Below are positions 19,068 through 29,659 of a stretch of DNA of 64,000 nt, one piece after another. The notes beneath the pieces are model-generated. The model was given only the letters and a program-made list of their open reading frames with translations, searched no databases and was not told the origin of the DNA. The number at the start of each line of letters is the position of its first letter. Position 1 is the stretch's first letter. The DNA comes from a virus (taxonomy: Duplodnaviria > Caudoviricetes), in the IMG/VR virus record IMGVR_UViG_3300005714_000005, positions 32,001 to 96,000 of that record. One strand, written 5' to 3'. Made by a program: the position numbers and the translations under genes.

Positions 19068-22000
19068 TTGAAAATGTTTAGACCTATTTATTTTAAAGAA
19101 AATGATTGTAAACTAATCCTAATGAAGAATAGACATGAGGAGCTAATTGAGATTAATCTTGATGTCAATGAGGTTGAAAAAGTTACCTTTAACGTAGAAG
19201 AACCTGCTACAATGATTATCAACGTGCCAATGTATATTAATCGTTTCATGGGTTCAACAGACCAAAAAATTAAAAACCCTGTGTTTGATTTAATCAAAGG
19301 GAAAATGCAACTTGTATTAGAAATCAATAATGACAAGTATAAATTTTTTGTTGACTCAATCAAAGAAAATGAGAAAAAGGAAGGTTCAGTAAAAACCATA
19401 ACTTGTCGTGAGTGGCAACAAACTCTAAGCAAGATTAATTGCAACATGAAAGAGGGAGTTATTACAAGACAACTTTATAGAGGAACTAATCAACTTGAAG
19501 TTGGGGAAGGTATGTTGGATTTATTTGTTAATAGTTGCAAAGGTTGGAGTGTTGGTCATGTAGACCAAAAAGCTCAACAAGAATTAACAATGACTGCATC
19601 TTCAGAAAAGGTAATTCTTTATGAAAATTTAACTATTGACGAAGTTAAGGTCAATACAACAGACGAACCAAATAATTGGTTATTCAATCGTGACATATCT
19701 ATCAACATTGGTGATAAACCTTTAAATATGACAATCAGTTGGGATACTACTGTTTATGATACAAACGGAAAAGTTTACATCAATGCAACAAATGAACACA
19801 ATTTCTCTAACCTACCTTATGCAGTTAAAAATATTAAAGCAGAGTATATTGTTACACCTCGCTATCCTTACGGTATTAAGTATACTATAACCTATATCAA
19901 CGATACAACAGAAGAATTTAGTTTTGCATTTATCAACTGTAAAGGGTTGAAACTTGTAGCCAAGACAGTTAATGTTGTATATGAATTAGGAGATTTTGTT
20001 GAGAATTGGGTAACTAAATATCGTAGCTTTCAAGCTCAAACAACTTCATGGCTAACAATGTTATCTCAAATTGAAGAAATGTTTGATTGTATTATCACAT
20101 TCGATTCTTATAATCAAATTATCAATGCTTATGACAAATCAACCTTTGGGAAAGAAACAGGTTTATATTTATCATATGATAATGCCTTAAAGGAAATTAC
20201 AAAGGAAAAGAAAATAGAAGATATTGTTACACGCTTGGTTGTAGAAAGCAATAATACTTCTATTGCAAGCGTCAACCCTTTGGGTACAGACTATATTGAG
20301 TCATTCAAATATTTCCAAAATGCAGGTATTATGTCTAATGAATTAACTTATGCTATGGAGCAATATGATAAGCTATTAGCATTAAAAGACAAAGAATTTG
20401 ATACTATTAAGATAGACTTATATGCTAAAAATCAACAGATTACATTGGTAACAGGTCGATTAACTTCTTTAGAAAATAAGCTCACAGCAGAAAATGCTAT
20501 TTTGAGTTCATATATCAAATTCAAAAATGATGCACCTGAGAATGAGAAAGACGCTTGGGCTAAGAAACAAGCTGAACAACAAGCAATCGTTGCTGATTTG
20601 GAACTTCAAATCGCACTAGCTAAAAAAGAGTTAGAGAAATTAAATAAAGAAGCAGATGCTTTACAAAAATCATTAACTCAAATTGGGATTGATATTAAAA
20701 AGGAAAATGCGGTATTCAATGGAGAGAAGTTATTCTCTGAAGCATTATTGCTAGAATTATCAGACTATATCATAGAGTCAACTATATCTGATGAGGTGTA
20801 TTTAACTTCAACCGCTTTATATAATCATGCGAAAAAGACATTAGATGATATGCAATCGGTAGTAGTCGATTTCTCAATAGCAGATGCAAATGTGGATTTC
20901 CTAAATAGATTACGCACCCCAAATGGATTTGGTGATTTCATCTTCTTGGGAGCAAAAGTTGATATTGAGGATAGAAGTGGAGAATTGGTTGGTACAGATG
21001 GTAGAGTTATTCTTTATGGATTTGACTATAATCCTAAACTCAATAGAATTACCAACTTGCAATTCACCAACAACAAAGAAAAACCAGTATCGGCATTAAA
21101 GGCAATTGGAAATATTCGACAAGCAGTAAATGCTACCAAATCATTAACAGATTTCTATAAATCTACTTGGGAGCAAACAAGAGATCAAGTCATAGACGTT
21201 GGGAATATTATCAACAATGGTTTAGACTTGGCAGCTCAAAAGATACGCTCGCAGACTTCTAAAAATATTATTGACATGACAGAAGCAGGTATCTTCCTAA
21301 TTGATGCTAAAGACACTAAAAATCAATTGGGTATGATTAATGATTTAATTTGCATGACCGATGACAAATGGAAAACAAGTCGTATCGCTATTTCACCTGA
21401 AGGAATTATAGCAGACCAATTAATTGGTAGAGTTATCTTAGGTCAAGAATTGTATATCTCTAATGGAGATTTTGGATTTCTTGTAAGAGAAAATGGATTA
21501 ACAATTAGAGATAAAGCAGGCTCAGACAAAATCTTCTTAGGTTTAAACAATGGTGAGCCAACCTTTAAATTAGGAATGAATAAGCAACAAGACCACCTAA
21601 TGTGGGAAAATGGTGAGTTATCTATTCGTGCTAAGAAAATATCTATCGGTGCAGATGATGTAGTCACTAGCACTACGCTCAGTATCGAAGTAGGGAAAAT
21701 TCAGACTCAAATTAAGGATACTGAAAATTCATTGCAAAGTAGTATTACTCAAACTGCGAGTGATATTAGAACTGAAATTAAAGATACGAAAGATGGCTTA
21801 GAGTCAAGTATTAATCAGACTGCAAGTTCAATTCGTACAGAACTCAAAGATACGAAAAATGACCTAGAGAGTTCAATCACTCAAACTGCTAAGGATATTA
21901 GATTGGAAGTGTCTGACGTTAAATCAGGATTGGAAAGTAGCATTAGTCAAACCGCTAGTGATATTCGATTGGAAGTTAGCACAACTGATAGTAACTTACG

Positions 22001-23189
22001 TTCATTAATCAGTCAAACCAAATCAGATATTGAATTATCAGTATCTAACGAAGTTAAAGATTTACGTGCTTCAATCAAAGTCAATGCAGATAACATTACA
22101 TCTACGGTTGAAAACACCAAAAGAAGTGGTATCGAATTATTACCGCAAGGATTTAGGAGAAATTCTTCTAGTGGATACTTTAGTTCATACAATACACACC
22201 ATGTTAATGAGTGGGGATTGTACACTACTGGTAGGGAGTGGGTAGGTACTGATTTTATAGCAATAGACCCGTTGTTGCCACTTTCATATTATTTTTATGT
22301 TCAAAATACTGGTGGGAGAAATCCATTAACCTATGTTGGAATCGAGCAACACGACTGGAAAAAACAACCGATAGGTGCAAATGCGAGTACAATTTATTTC
22401 ATTCATGAAAAATTCACAGGTTATAAAACTGTGTCGGGTGTACTAGAAGCAGGAGCGTTAGATAGTAACACTAAATTCATCAAATTTAGATTTTTAACTA
22501 ACTGGGATGATAGCGGAATTGCTGAAAGTTATATTCACGAAATGTCGTTAAAGCAACTGGCAAACATAAACTCATCAACACAGATTGCACAAATGGATGA
22601 TAGAATTACTTCTACTGTCACTTCTATTAGTACGGTGGACGGGAAAGTTAATTCTGCTCAATCACAAATTGACCAACAAGCTACACAAATAGCATCGAAA
22701 GTGGATGTTAATGGTGTTAAGTCAATTATCCAACAAAATCCTGAGTCGGTACGAATTGGATTCAATGGCATATCTAACTATTTTGATTTAAATGCCCAAA
22801 GATTACGAGTTGGTCATGTCGATGGTTCATACACAGAAATTGGGCAACATGGTATCATGTACTTTGCACATGGGAGTGGGAATAGATACCACAATCTAAT
22901 GAAGCAAGGTTGGTTAGGACAAATTCAAGGAACTCAATGGAGCAGAACAATTTCCCTACCCCCTGAATTTAGAGGTAAAGCATTTTCAGTTATCGTAAGT
23001 GTTACCGAGGTAAATGCTATCAATACACATGATGTTATCAAACATTTTAAAGTTACTGTGCCTCATGATACTGTTGACTATGCCAATGGTACATTTATTA
23101 TCAATATGTCGGCAGTTGCCTATTGGGTGCCAGGTCAACAACTTGCTACTGCAATTCAAAGTGACATATCTTGGATAGCAATAGCTTAA
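19068..23189 (+). CDS. Tail tip / baseplate hub (Tal-like) protein with repeat stalk
   Basis: 1373 aa after tape measure; VNPLGTDYIE.F.YF motif; 22-aa repeats; AISPEGIIADQLIG motif. Confidence 0.75.
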   Translation: MKMFRPIYFKENDCKLILMKNRHEELIEINLDVNEVEKVTFNVEEPATMIINVPMYINRFMGSTDQKIKNPVFDLIKGKMQLVLEINNDKYKFFVDSIKENEKKEGSVKTITCREWQQTLSKINCNMKEGVITRQLYRGTNQLEVGEGMLDLFVNSCKGWSVGHVDQKAQQELTMTASSEKVILYENLTIDEVKVNTTDEPNNWLFNRDISINIGDKPLNMTISWDTTVYDTNGKVYINATNEHNFSNLPYAVKNIKAEYIVTPRYPYGIKYTITYINDTTEEFSFAFINCKGLKLVAKTVNVVYELGDFVENWVTKYRSFQAQTTSWLTMLSQIEEMFDCIITFDSYNQIINAYDKSTFGKETGLYLSYDNALKEITKEKKIEDIVTRLVVESNNTSIASVNPLGTDYIESFKYFQNAGIMSNELTYAMEQYDKLLALKDKEFDTIKIDLYAKNQQITLVTGRLTSLENKLTAENAILSSYIKFKNDAPENEKDAWAKKQAEQQAIVADLELQIALAKKELEKLNKEADALQKSLTQIGIDIKKENAVFNGEKLFSEALLLELSDYIIESTISDEVYLTSTALYNHAKKTLDDMQSVVVDFSIADANVDFLNRLRTPNGFGDFIFLGAKVDIEDRSGELVGTDGRVILYGFDYNPKLNRITNLQFTNNKEKPVSALKAIGNIRQAVNATKSLTDFYKSTWEQTRDQVIDVGNIINNGLDLAAQKIRSQTSKNIIDMTEAGIFLIDAKDTKNQLGMINDLICMTDDKWKTSRIAISPEGIIADQLIGRVILGQELYISNGDFGFLVRENGLTIRDKAGSDKIFLGLNNGEPTFKLGMNKQQDHLMWENGELSIRAKKISIGADDVVTSTTLSIEVGKIQTQIKDTENSLQSSITQTASDIRTEIKDTKDGLESSINQTASSIRTELKDTKNDLESSITQTAKDIRLEVSDVKSGLESSISQTASDIRLEVSTTDSNLRSLISQTKSDIELSVSNEVKDLRASIKVNADNITSTVENTKRSGIELLPQGFRRNSSSGYFSSYNTHHVNEWGLYTTGREWVGTDFIAIDPLLPLSYYFYVQNTGGRNPLTYVGIEQHDWKKQPIGANASTIYFIHEKFTGYKTVSGVLEAGALDSNTKFIKFRFLTNWDDSGIAESYIHEMSLKQLANINSSTQIAQMDDRITSTVTSISTVDGKVNSAQSQIDQQATQIASKVDVNGVKSIIQQNPESVRIGFNGISNYFDLNAQRLRVGHVDGSYTEIGQHGIMYFAHGSGNRYHNLMKQGWLGQIQGTQWSRTISLPPEFRGKAFSVIVSVTEVNAINTHDVIKHFKVTVPHDTVDYANGTFIINMSAVAYWVPGQQLATAIQSDISWIAIA
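21700..22115 (+). repeat. Tandem ~66-bp (22-aa) coding repeats, KDTxxxLESSIxQTASDIRxEI
   Basis: About six degenerate copies visible in DNA and protein. Confidence 0.75.
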
Positions 23190-23204
23190 TAAAGGAGAAG
23201 AGAA

Positions 23205-23459
23205 ATGAAAGTTTTATACGATACAATGACGATTTACTATCGACTAGAAACAGGTACTATCAAAGAAATTCATAGTGGTTCTTGTGATATGTCTGTTTTT
23301 GGTGAAGAAAAGTCTGATTACGAGAAAATTTGGGGTTGTGTTGTAGTTGATTATGACGAATATGTACGACTTAACCCAAGTCAATTTTTAATTGATTTAA
23401 ACAAGAAAGATATTGTCTATACACAATCAACTTCAATAAACAAATATAGAAGTTTATAA
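23205..23459 (+). CDS. Small tail-associated protein
   Basis: RBS AAAGGAG; 84 aa after tail tip gene. Confidence 0.55.
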   Translation: MKVLYDTMTIYYRLETGTIKEIHSGSCDMSVFGEEKSDYEKIWGCVVVDYDEYVRLNPSQFLIDLNKKDIVYTQSTSINKYRSL

Positions 23460-23481
23460 AATTTGAAAAGAGGAATAAAAT

Positions 23482-23637
23482 ATGAACCATACACAAGAGG
23501 AATTGATTCAAGCAATCAAAACATTAGCACAACAAAATGCTAATTTAAGTATCGAAAATGCTTTACTGCAAGCAAAATTAGAAAGCGCTTATAGAAATAT
23601 TGATGAATTATCACAAAATCAAGAAGAAACTAAATAA
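23482..23637 (+). CDS. Small coiled-coil protein (51 aa, not in ORF track)
   Basis: RBS AGAGG; MNHTQEELIQAIKTLAQQNANLSIENALLQAKLE... Confidence 0.6.
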   Translation: MNHTQEELIQAIKTLAQQNANLSIENALLQAKLESAYRNIDELSQNQEETK

Positions 23638-23651
23638 GGTGGTTAAATAAC

Positions 23652-24446
23652 ATGGCACAATTTAGACACACGAAGTTTTCTTTTGATGGGATAAGTTGTG
23701 ACGAGTTTGGTTTAGTAATGGTGAGTGTTGATAACGATGAGCCAACGAAACAAATTGGTGTTAAACGCTCACCCTCACTAACCGAGGCTAGTTATGGTAG
23801 ATTCTCGTTTGATGGAATTGCTACTGAAACGCCTACCTTTACTTTTACTTTGTTAAAATGTTCAGATAACTATGACCCACAACCATTCACACAAGATGAA
23901 CTTTTTAAAATCAATAGTTGGTTATTCAAGACCAAAGAATTTAGACCTTTTATTTCACAAGAAAATCCTGGTATCGTTTACTACGGAATGTTCGTAGGTG
24001 GTAACCTATGGCAAAATGAAGCTAATGAGGGATATTTAGAAGTGGAATTTCAATTAAATACCTCTCATGCCTATGGTGTCATTCAAAAAATTATTAAGTA
24101 TGTAGATGGCACAAATGAATTTTCAATTAATTGTAAAGATAACGTAAATGGCTACTCTTTGCCTGATTTTGAATTTCATTTGCAAGATACCGAAACAGAG
24201 TTCAAAGTTCAGAATTTAACAACTGGGCAAGAGATGAAATATTTTGACTTAGATGAAAAAAGCCGAGAGGGGTATCTTTATAATGACGGTTGCCAACATA
24301 CGGTTAGCTTAATTGACTCAACTGTAAATATGCGACCAAAATGTAATAAGAATTATCTAAGATTAGAATATGGAAATAACGATATAAAAATTATAGGTAA
24401 AGGTACTTTCATTATTTACGTACAACCTAAAGTAGCTTTACAATAA
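23652..24446 (+). CDS. Distal tail protein (Dit-like)
   Basis: FSFDGISCDEFGL N-terminus and YLRLEYGNNDIKI.G C-terminus typical of Dit. Confidence 0.7.
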   Translation: MAQFRHTKFSFDGISCDEFGLVMVSVDNDEPTKQIGVKRSPSLTEASYGRFSFDGIATETPTFTFTLLKCSDNYDPQPFTQDELFKINSWLFKTKEFRPFISQENPGIVYYGMFVGGNLWQNEANEGYLEVEFQLNTSHAYGVIQKIIKYVDGTNEFSINCKDNVNGYSLPDFEFHLQDTETEFKVQNLTTGQEMKYFDLDEKSREGYLYNDGCQHTVSLIDSTVNMRPKCNKNYLRLEYGNNDIKIIGKGTFIIYVQPKVALQ

Positions 24447-24478
24447 TTACAAAATATTTAAAAAGAAAGGGTGATAAA

Positions 24479-26224
24479 ATGAGCTATCTTGATGAGGAAA
24501 GTATTCTTTTTAAATTAAATACAGATAGAGATGGAAACCCAACATCGACAATCACTACCGAACAACAACAAGTAGATACGTTAAAGAACTTAATCCAACT
24601 TGTCCAACTTCCTGACCATCTTCAAAATATTGAAGTAACAGATTCAAAAGGGCAACGAATGATACAAGTTAGAAATACTGATGCAGTATTAAAAGATAAT
24701 GAAATTCGTGTTAGTTTCAATCAAGGTTTAATTTTCTTCTCACCTAATCGCAAGGGAGAAACATTTACTATCAAGTATTATGCACGAGGAATAGAGTTAA
24801 TTTCAACCAATCGTTTATTCTCTCCTGAGCAACCAGGGATTCCTTTTGGAGATGTTATTCAACAAGTGCATCAATCTTTAGATACTCTAAAAGGTGTCAT
24901 TGATGATGCTAGAGATGAATTAAACATTATTGAAGAAACTCATGGTGGTCTTATTCCTGCATATAATCACCTAAAAGAAGCAACTGCTGAGGGTGAGAGA
25001 GTAAATGCAACTGTGAAAGCCACAAATGAAACTGCAAAGCAAACAAATACAACTCTTATTGGCAATATTAGCACAGGTAGGCAAGTAAGTCAAGACCTTG
25101 CAAGCAAGAGCAATGTAGGCGGTCAAATAATTAAAAATTTACAAGACTCTACTGCAACCGCTAATCAAACAAATTCTACCTTAAATGCAACAATTCAAAC
25201 TGGAAATGGAGTACATACAACTTTAACCAATGATATTAAGACTGCTAGAGAAGTTGATACAAAATTAGTAGCCGATACAAATGAGGCTAAGGCAGTTAAT
25301 AAAAAGTTAGAAAGCAATACAGACGAAATTGTTCGTTGGAAAGATTATAGCAACGATACAATCAATGTCAACTATCCTCGCTTAGACATTGAGGTGCAAT
25401 CACTTAATGCTAAGGTTAAAGTATTAGAAGATGACTCTATTGAAAGCACACCTTACAATAATCAAATGGTTGATGCAATCTTTCCAAATTTACATTTAAA
25501 TGTAGACAAGTTAGATAAGAAAGTAAATGATACAAAACAAGCAGTTGACATGAATGTGATTGAAGTTAATAAATTAAAACAATCTGTTGATACGCTTAAC
25601 AAGCACAATCATAATAGCACATATCTAGGTATAAATGCAACTGCACAAAATAGCTTAAAATTGGGTGGGGCTTCTGCTTCTGTCGCACCAACTCCTAATA
25701 CAATTGTTAAACGTGATGCACAAGGTCGTATTAATGTTGCTGTAGCTTCTGCTAATGTTTCTTTCTTAGACGAAACAGGTGAAATTGAAAGCGAGAATAT
25801 TTCAGATGCTATCAAAGAGATTTGGGGTAAGACAAAGCAAGGCGTTGAAACTCGACAAAGAACAAATGAAAAATTATCAGAGTGTGGAAATTGGACTCCT
25901 ACAAGTTGTGACAACTCTGCAATTTCTATTTTAAATAGCAAAGGTAATTATACAAGAATCCAAAATCAAATCAATCTAGTTGGTGAGATTACTTTTTCTA
26001 TTGAAGAAGAGATTGACACTTTTGAAATTGAAGGATTGCCTTTTGCTTTAGGTGAGTCAGATTGTGATTATGTTGGAACTTGTGTAGATATTGATAATTC
26101 AATTATATCACCTATTTACATTTTATCAAAAGATAATGAGAAAATCACTATCGACCTAAAACATGACGACATTCAGAAATCAGAATTGATTACTCTACGC
26201 TTCACATTAACTTATTCTATTTAA
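24479..26224 (+). CDS. Tail fibre / upper baseplate protein
   Basis: Coiled-coil stalk; C-terminal GNWTP...GNYTRI...IEGLPF head domain. Confidence 0.6.
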   Translation: MSYLDEESILFKLNTDRDGNPTSTITTEQQQVDTLKNLIQLVQLPDHLQNIEVTDSKGQRMIQVRNTDAVLKDNEIRVSFNQGLIFFSPNRKGETFTIKYYARGIELISTNRLFSPEQPGIPFGDVIQQVHQSLDTLKGVIDDARDELNIIEETHGGLIPAYNHLKEATAEGERVNATVKATNETAKQTNTTLIGNISTGRQVSQDLASKSNVGGQIIKNLQDSTATANQTNSTLNATIQTGNGVHTTLTNDIKTAREVDTKLVADTNEAKAVNKKLESNTDEIVRWKDYSNDTINVNYPRLDIEVQSLNAKVKVLEDDSIESTPYNNQMVDAIFPNLHLNVDKLDKKVNDTKQAVDMNVIEVNKLKQSVDTLNKHNHNSTYLGINATAQNSLKLGGASASVAPTPNTIVKRDAQGRINVAVASANVSFLDETGEIESENISDAIKEIWGKTKQGVETRQRTNEKLSECGNWTPTSCDNSAISILNSKGNYTRIQNQINLVGEITFSIEEEIDTFEIEGLPFALGESDCDYVGTCVDIDNSIISPIYILSKDNEKITIDLKHDDIQKSELITLRFTLTYSI

Positions 26225-26239
26225 TAAGGAGGAATACAT

Positions 26240-26542
26240 ATGGTAAATACAAAAACAATTCAATTATCAATTGTTCAAGAAACAGTTCAATTGCTTGAAA
26301 CTACTGAAAGTGGTATTTTACAAGTGCATGAGATTACACGCAATATTGACCAATCAACAGGAACGGTATATGGTGAATCTCATTGGCGTACAACTTTAGC
26401 ACCTACTGATACTGAGGAAGGTTTAGCTCAAGCACAAGAAATTTTAACAGAGAAAAATTTTGAGATTGCTTTATTACTATGGGACGAAGAAGTTGTAACT
26501 TCCTATCGTACTTTACAAGAAAAAGAAGAATTATCACGTTAA
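26240..26542 (+). CDS. Small tail fibre-associated protein
   Basis: RBS AAGGAGG; follows fibre gene. Confidence 0.5.
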   Translation: MVNTKTIQLSIVQETVQLLETTESGILQVHEITRNIDQSTGTVYGESHWRTTLAPTDTEEGLAQAQEILTEKNFEIALLLWDEEVVTSYRTLQEKEELSR

Positions 26543-26547
26543 TTAAA

Positions 26548-26576
26548 AGTCTTGGCTATATGTCAAGACTCATTTT
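26548..26576 (+). terminator. Hairpin / weak terminator
   Basis: AGTCTTGGC/GTCAAGACT stem. Confidence 0.45.
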
Positions 26577-26597
26577 ATTAAGAAAGGAGTTGTTTAG

Positions 26598-29189
26598 ATG
26601 GCACAATATCAAGGAAGAATTGCTAAGTTGGCAGATAAGGATAATAATACGGTTGTTCCTATCACCAATGCAAGAGCAGTTGAGGTAAGTAAAAATCGCA
26701 ACCTTGAGGCAATTGTTGATAAAGTTGACGATATGGAAAATGTTGCTCAACGAGTTTTCAATAATTCAATTACGCCAATAATCACGCCAATTCAAACTTC
26801 TGTACAACGACTAGACGGTATTGAAGCTAAAGCTAATGCCAATACTACAAAAGTCAACCAACTTGAACAAAAGCAAACTTCTGATAAAAATGAACTTGCC
26901 AACACGTTAAATGGTGTAAAGCAAAATGTCCAAACTATTGAGGGTAATGTTACCAATACTACTAATACCGTAACTCAACATACTCAACAGATTGCAGATT
27001 TAGAATATAGCGTTGGTGAAGTTTTGCCTAAAGCAGAGGAAGCGGTTGCTAAAGTTGATGGAATTTTAGGTGAGAAATATATTGATTGTATTGCACAAGG
27101 GAAGATGACACAAGTTGGTAAGCAATCAGATGGCAAAGTAGTTGCTATTGATAATTCATTTGCAAAGAGCGCCATGTTGAAAGGTCAGACTTTGGTGAAT
27201 TTAATAACTTCACAAACACCAATTAGAACAGGTTCGAACTATAAAGATTACTCAATCGGGTATATAAAAGCTAATCAAAAATATTTAGCAATTTTTAATG
27301 CGGAATCATCTTCTAGTTTGTTAAGATGTGGGATTTTGAAAACAACAGGAGAATGGAATAGCGAAAACCTAATTGTAACAACAGGATTAAATAAGGTTGT
27401 ATTAACAGCTACAACAGATGTGCAAGTAGGTTTTAGGGTTAGATATGGCGATTCAGAAGTATCCCACACGTTAAATGTTTCGAATGTTAGACTTATCGAA
27501 TATCAAGACGGAATGGAAAATTGGGATATTCCTTATTTTGAGGGAATGGCTAGTGTTAAAAATCTTGTTGTGACAAGTACAGGAAAGAACTTAATATCGT
27601 ACTTACCGCCAACCGTAGCTAGTGGAATGACTTTAACACAAACCGATGTTAAGTCAGAATTAGCTATTAGTGGCACTTGCACCGCTAGTAATTATGATTA
27701 TTATTTTGCACGTTCTACTCCTGGCGCTGTGATTGATACTGAAGTTACAAGACTATTAGTTAATGCACCTGTTGGGACAAAATTTGTCTTGTCAAACAAT
27801 TTGGGGAAAGAATGTTATTTTGGAGTAAGTAGAAATGGTTCATCTACAATAACATGGATAGCAGGTAAAGTTGGCTATGAAGTAAAAGCTGGGGATATTA
27901 ATGTTCAAGCATTTGTTCGTTTTAAGCAAGGTGACACCTACAGTGGAGAAAGATTAAAAATCCAATTGGAGATAAGTCCATCTGTTACAACTTACGAACC
28001 ATACAAATCACACATCACATCTTCAACAGAGGAAATTATCCTACGTTCGTTACCAAATGGTGTATGTGATACATTAAACTTGGTTACAGGTGAATATGTG
28101 CAACGTATTGGTGAGGTTGTGTTAAGTGGTGGTGAAAATTGGACTCCTTCAAGTAGCGTATCTAATACAGAGCTTCTTCGATTTGATTTAAACATGGGGA
28201 TTTTGAAGGGCTATGGGAAAGTTTTGTTGTGCGATAAGTTTCCGTATCTCTATATACATAATCTTGTCGGAGGAAGCTCGACCGTCAATCAAGAATGTGT
28301 GTCAAACCACAGTACAAACGAAAGTCTAAACCTCGTTATTAGAAAAGATAGACTAGCACCACAAAATATCGATGGTTTTAGGACATGGCTAAAAGCCAAC
28401 CCAGTAACAATCCAATACGAACTAGCAACACCTGTCACTAAAAAAGTTAAATTATCAAATTCGCCATTTATGTTCAAAGATGGGCATATTATTTTATCTA
28501 GTGCTAATGATTTATTACCTACTTTTACTTATACTGCAACTGTTGGTATCAAAGGTCAAGTAGAAACATTAAGCAATGTAGTAAGCAATATCAAGATAGA
28601 AGATGGTGTCGTAGCTCCAAGTCCTAATACCCTCGCTAGACGCAACAACGAGGGAAACATCTATGCAAAAGATAAATTTATTTTTGAAGATGGGAAAGCC
28701 ATAAAAGTAAATGGCGAACGTATTCAATGGGGAAATACAGCAGATTGGCACAATATTCACGATAGCCAATCGCTACCTGTTGAAAAAGGCGTTTGGACAC
28801 CTAGATTTGAGGGTGTGCTAGGTGGAGTGTGTAATACTTATGACATTCAAGAGGGAATTTATTGTCGCATAGACAAGTTGGTGCATATTCAACTGAAGTT
28901 AAGTGTTAATGATTATAAAGTATGTCAAGGTGTCTTTTGTGTTAGAGGATTGCCATTTACACCAGGTAATGCACACACCGCACTTTCGATTGGAGTAATT
29001 AACAATTTAAAAACAACACTAGACAATGCTTCTGTAAATGCCTATATAGACGCCTCTACCGATAAGATAATACTTGGATTTAATGAAATAAGAGATGGGT
29101 CAATGCACTATCAATTTGAAAATCCACAAGTTGCCAATCCCGCAAAACCTATACTTTTAATAATTGCAGGAACATATATGATTGACTAA
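26598..29189 (+). CDS. Tail fibre / receptor-binding protein
   Basis: 863 aa; LKGQTLVNL, LRSLPNGVCD, YELATP motifs of Bacillota phage fibres; C-terminal GVWTP...GLPF head. Confidence 0.7.
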   Translation: MAQYQGRIAKLADKDNNTVVPITNARAVEVSKNRNLEAIVDKVDDMENVAQRVFNNSITPIITPIQTSVQRLDGIEAKANANTTKVNQLEQKQTSDKNELANTLNGVKQNVQTIEGNVTNTTNTVTQHTQQIADLEYSVGEVLPKAEEAVAKVDGILGEKYIDCIAQGKMTQVGKQSDGKVVAIDNSFAKSAMLKGQTLVNLITSQTPIRTGSNYKDYSIGYIKANQKYLAIFNAESSSSLLRCGILKTTGEWNSENLIVTTGLNKVVLTATTDVQVGFRVRYGDSEVSHTLNVSNVRLIEYQDGMENWDIPYFEGMASVKNLVVTSTGKNLISYLPPTVASGMTLTQTDVKSELAISGTCTASNYDYYFARSTPGAVIDTEVTRLLVNAPVGTKFVLSNNLGKECYFGVSRNGSSTITWIAGKVGYEVKAGDINVQAFVRFKQGDTYSGERLKIQLEISPSVTTYEPYKSHITSSTEEIILRSLPNGVCDTLNLVTGEYVQRIGEVVLSGGENWTPSSSVSNTELLRFDLNMGILKGYGKVLLCDKFPYLYIHNLVGGSSTVNQECVSNHSTNESLNLVIRKDRLAPQNIDGFRTWLKANPVTIQYELATPVTKKVKLSNSPFMFKDGHIILSSANDLLPTFTYTATVGIKGQVETLSNVVSNIKIEDGVVAPSPNTLARRNNEGNIYAKDKFIFEDGKAIKVNGERIQWGNTADWHNIHDSQSLPVEKGVWTPRFEGVLGGVCNTYDIQEGIYCRIDKLVHIQLKLSVNDYKVCQGVFCVRGLPFTPGNAHTALSIGVINNLKTTLDNASVNAYIDASTDKIILGFNEIRDGSMHYQFENPQVANPAKPILLIIAGTYMID

Positions 29190-29217
29190 TTATTCTCTCG
29201 AAAAGAGGAGGTAGAAA

Positions 29218-29439
29218 ATGCAAGGACAAATTGTAGTACATAAAAACAAGAAAACGCAACAAGTTGAATTTCCTGTAACGGTTGAACAAGCTATTGTTTC
29301 AAGCAAAGGAGTAAACCTAGCCGATACATTAGATGAACTCAGAGGAGAGATAAATACTTTAACGGTGCAACTTCGACATTTGGAAGTGGCATTACGAAGT
29401 ATTTCAGAGAATGAAGAGGAATACAAAAAGACCACCTAA
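29218..29439 (+). CDS. Small tail-associated protein
   Basis: FPVTVEQAI...GVNL resembles the N-terminus of the 26598 protein; RBS GAGGAGG. Confidence 0.5.
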   Translation: MQGQIVVHKNKKTQQVEFPVTVEQAIVSSKGVNLADTLDELRGEINTLTVQLRHLEVALRSISENEEEYKKTT

Positions 29440-29450
29440 ATAGTGGTCTT
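29425..29450 (-). terminator. Intrinsic terminator (U tract on - strand)
   Basis: AAGACCAC/GTGGTCTT stem; T run only on - strand. Confidence 0.65.
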
Positions 29451-29570
29451 CCCTAATAAAAAGCGTTAAAAAGTAATAAAAGTAGATTGAGTAAGTAGTG
29501 TGAATTATATAATACAAAGGAGAAAAATATTATATGTAAGCAAGATAGATGGAAAGTCAACTTGCTTACA
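29425..29570 (-). ncRNA. Candidate ~145-nt antisense small RNA
   Basis: Upstream - strand promoter, 10-bp 5' hairpin, UUCUCCUUU tract, intrinsic terminator with U tract; no ORF. Confidence 0.5.
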
Positions 29571-29575
29571 ATATT

Positions 29576-29605
29576 ATTATATCACACTACTCTATAATTA
29601 TGCAA
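29576..29605 (-). promoter_or_regulatory. SigmaA-type promoter for candidate sRNA
   Basis: TTGCAT-N18-(TG-n)TATAAT; TATAATAATATTGTAAG is identical to the dnaE promoter; AT-rich upstream tract. Confidence 0.6.
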
Positions 29606-29659
29606 CATAAATTAAATAAAATTAATAAATTAATAAATTTTTAAAATAGAGGTGATTTC

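Noticed and set aside
29528-29561. Second - strand promoter TTGACT...TATAAT inside the sRNA hairpin
   Set aside because: The spacer is 20 nt, too long for sigmaA.
29440-29650. CRISPR mini-array or tRNA
   Set aside because: Only inverted repeats and AT-rich TAATAAAT tracts; no repeat-spacer periodicity or cloverleaf.
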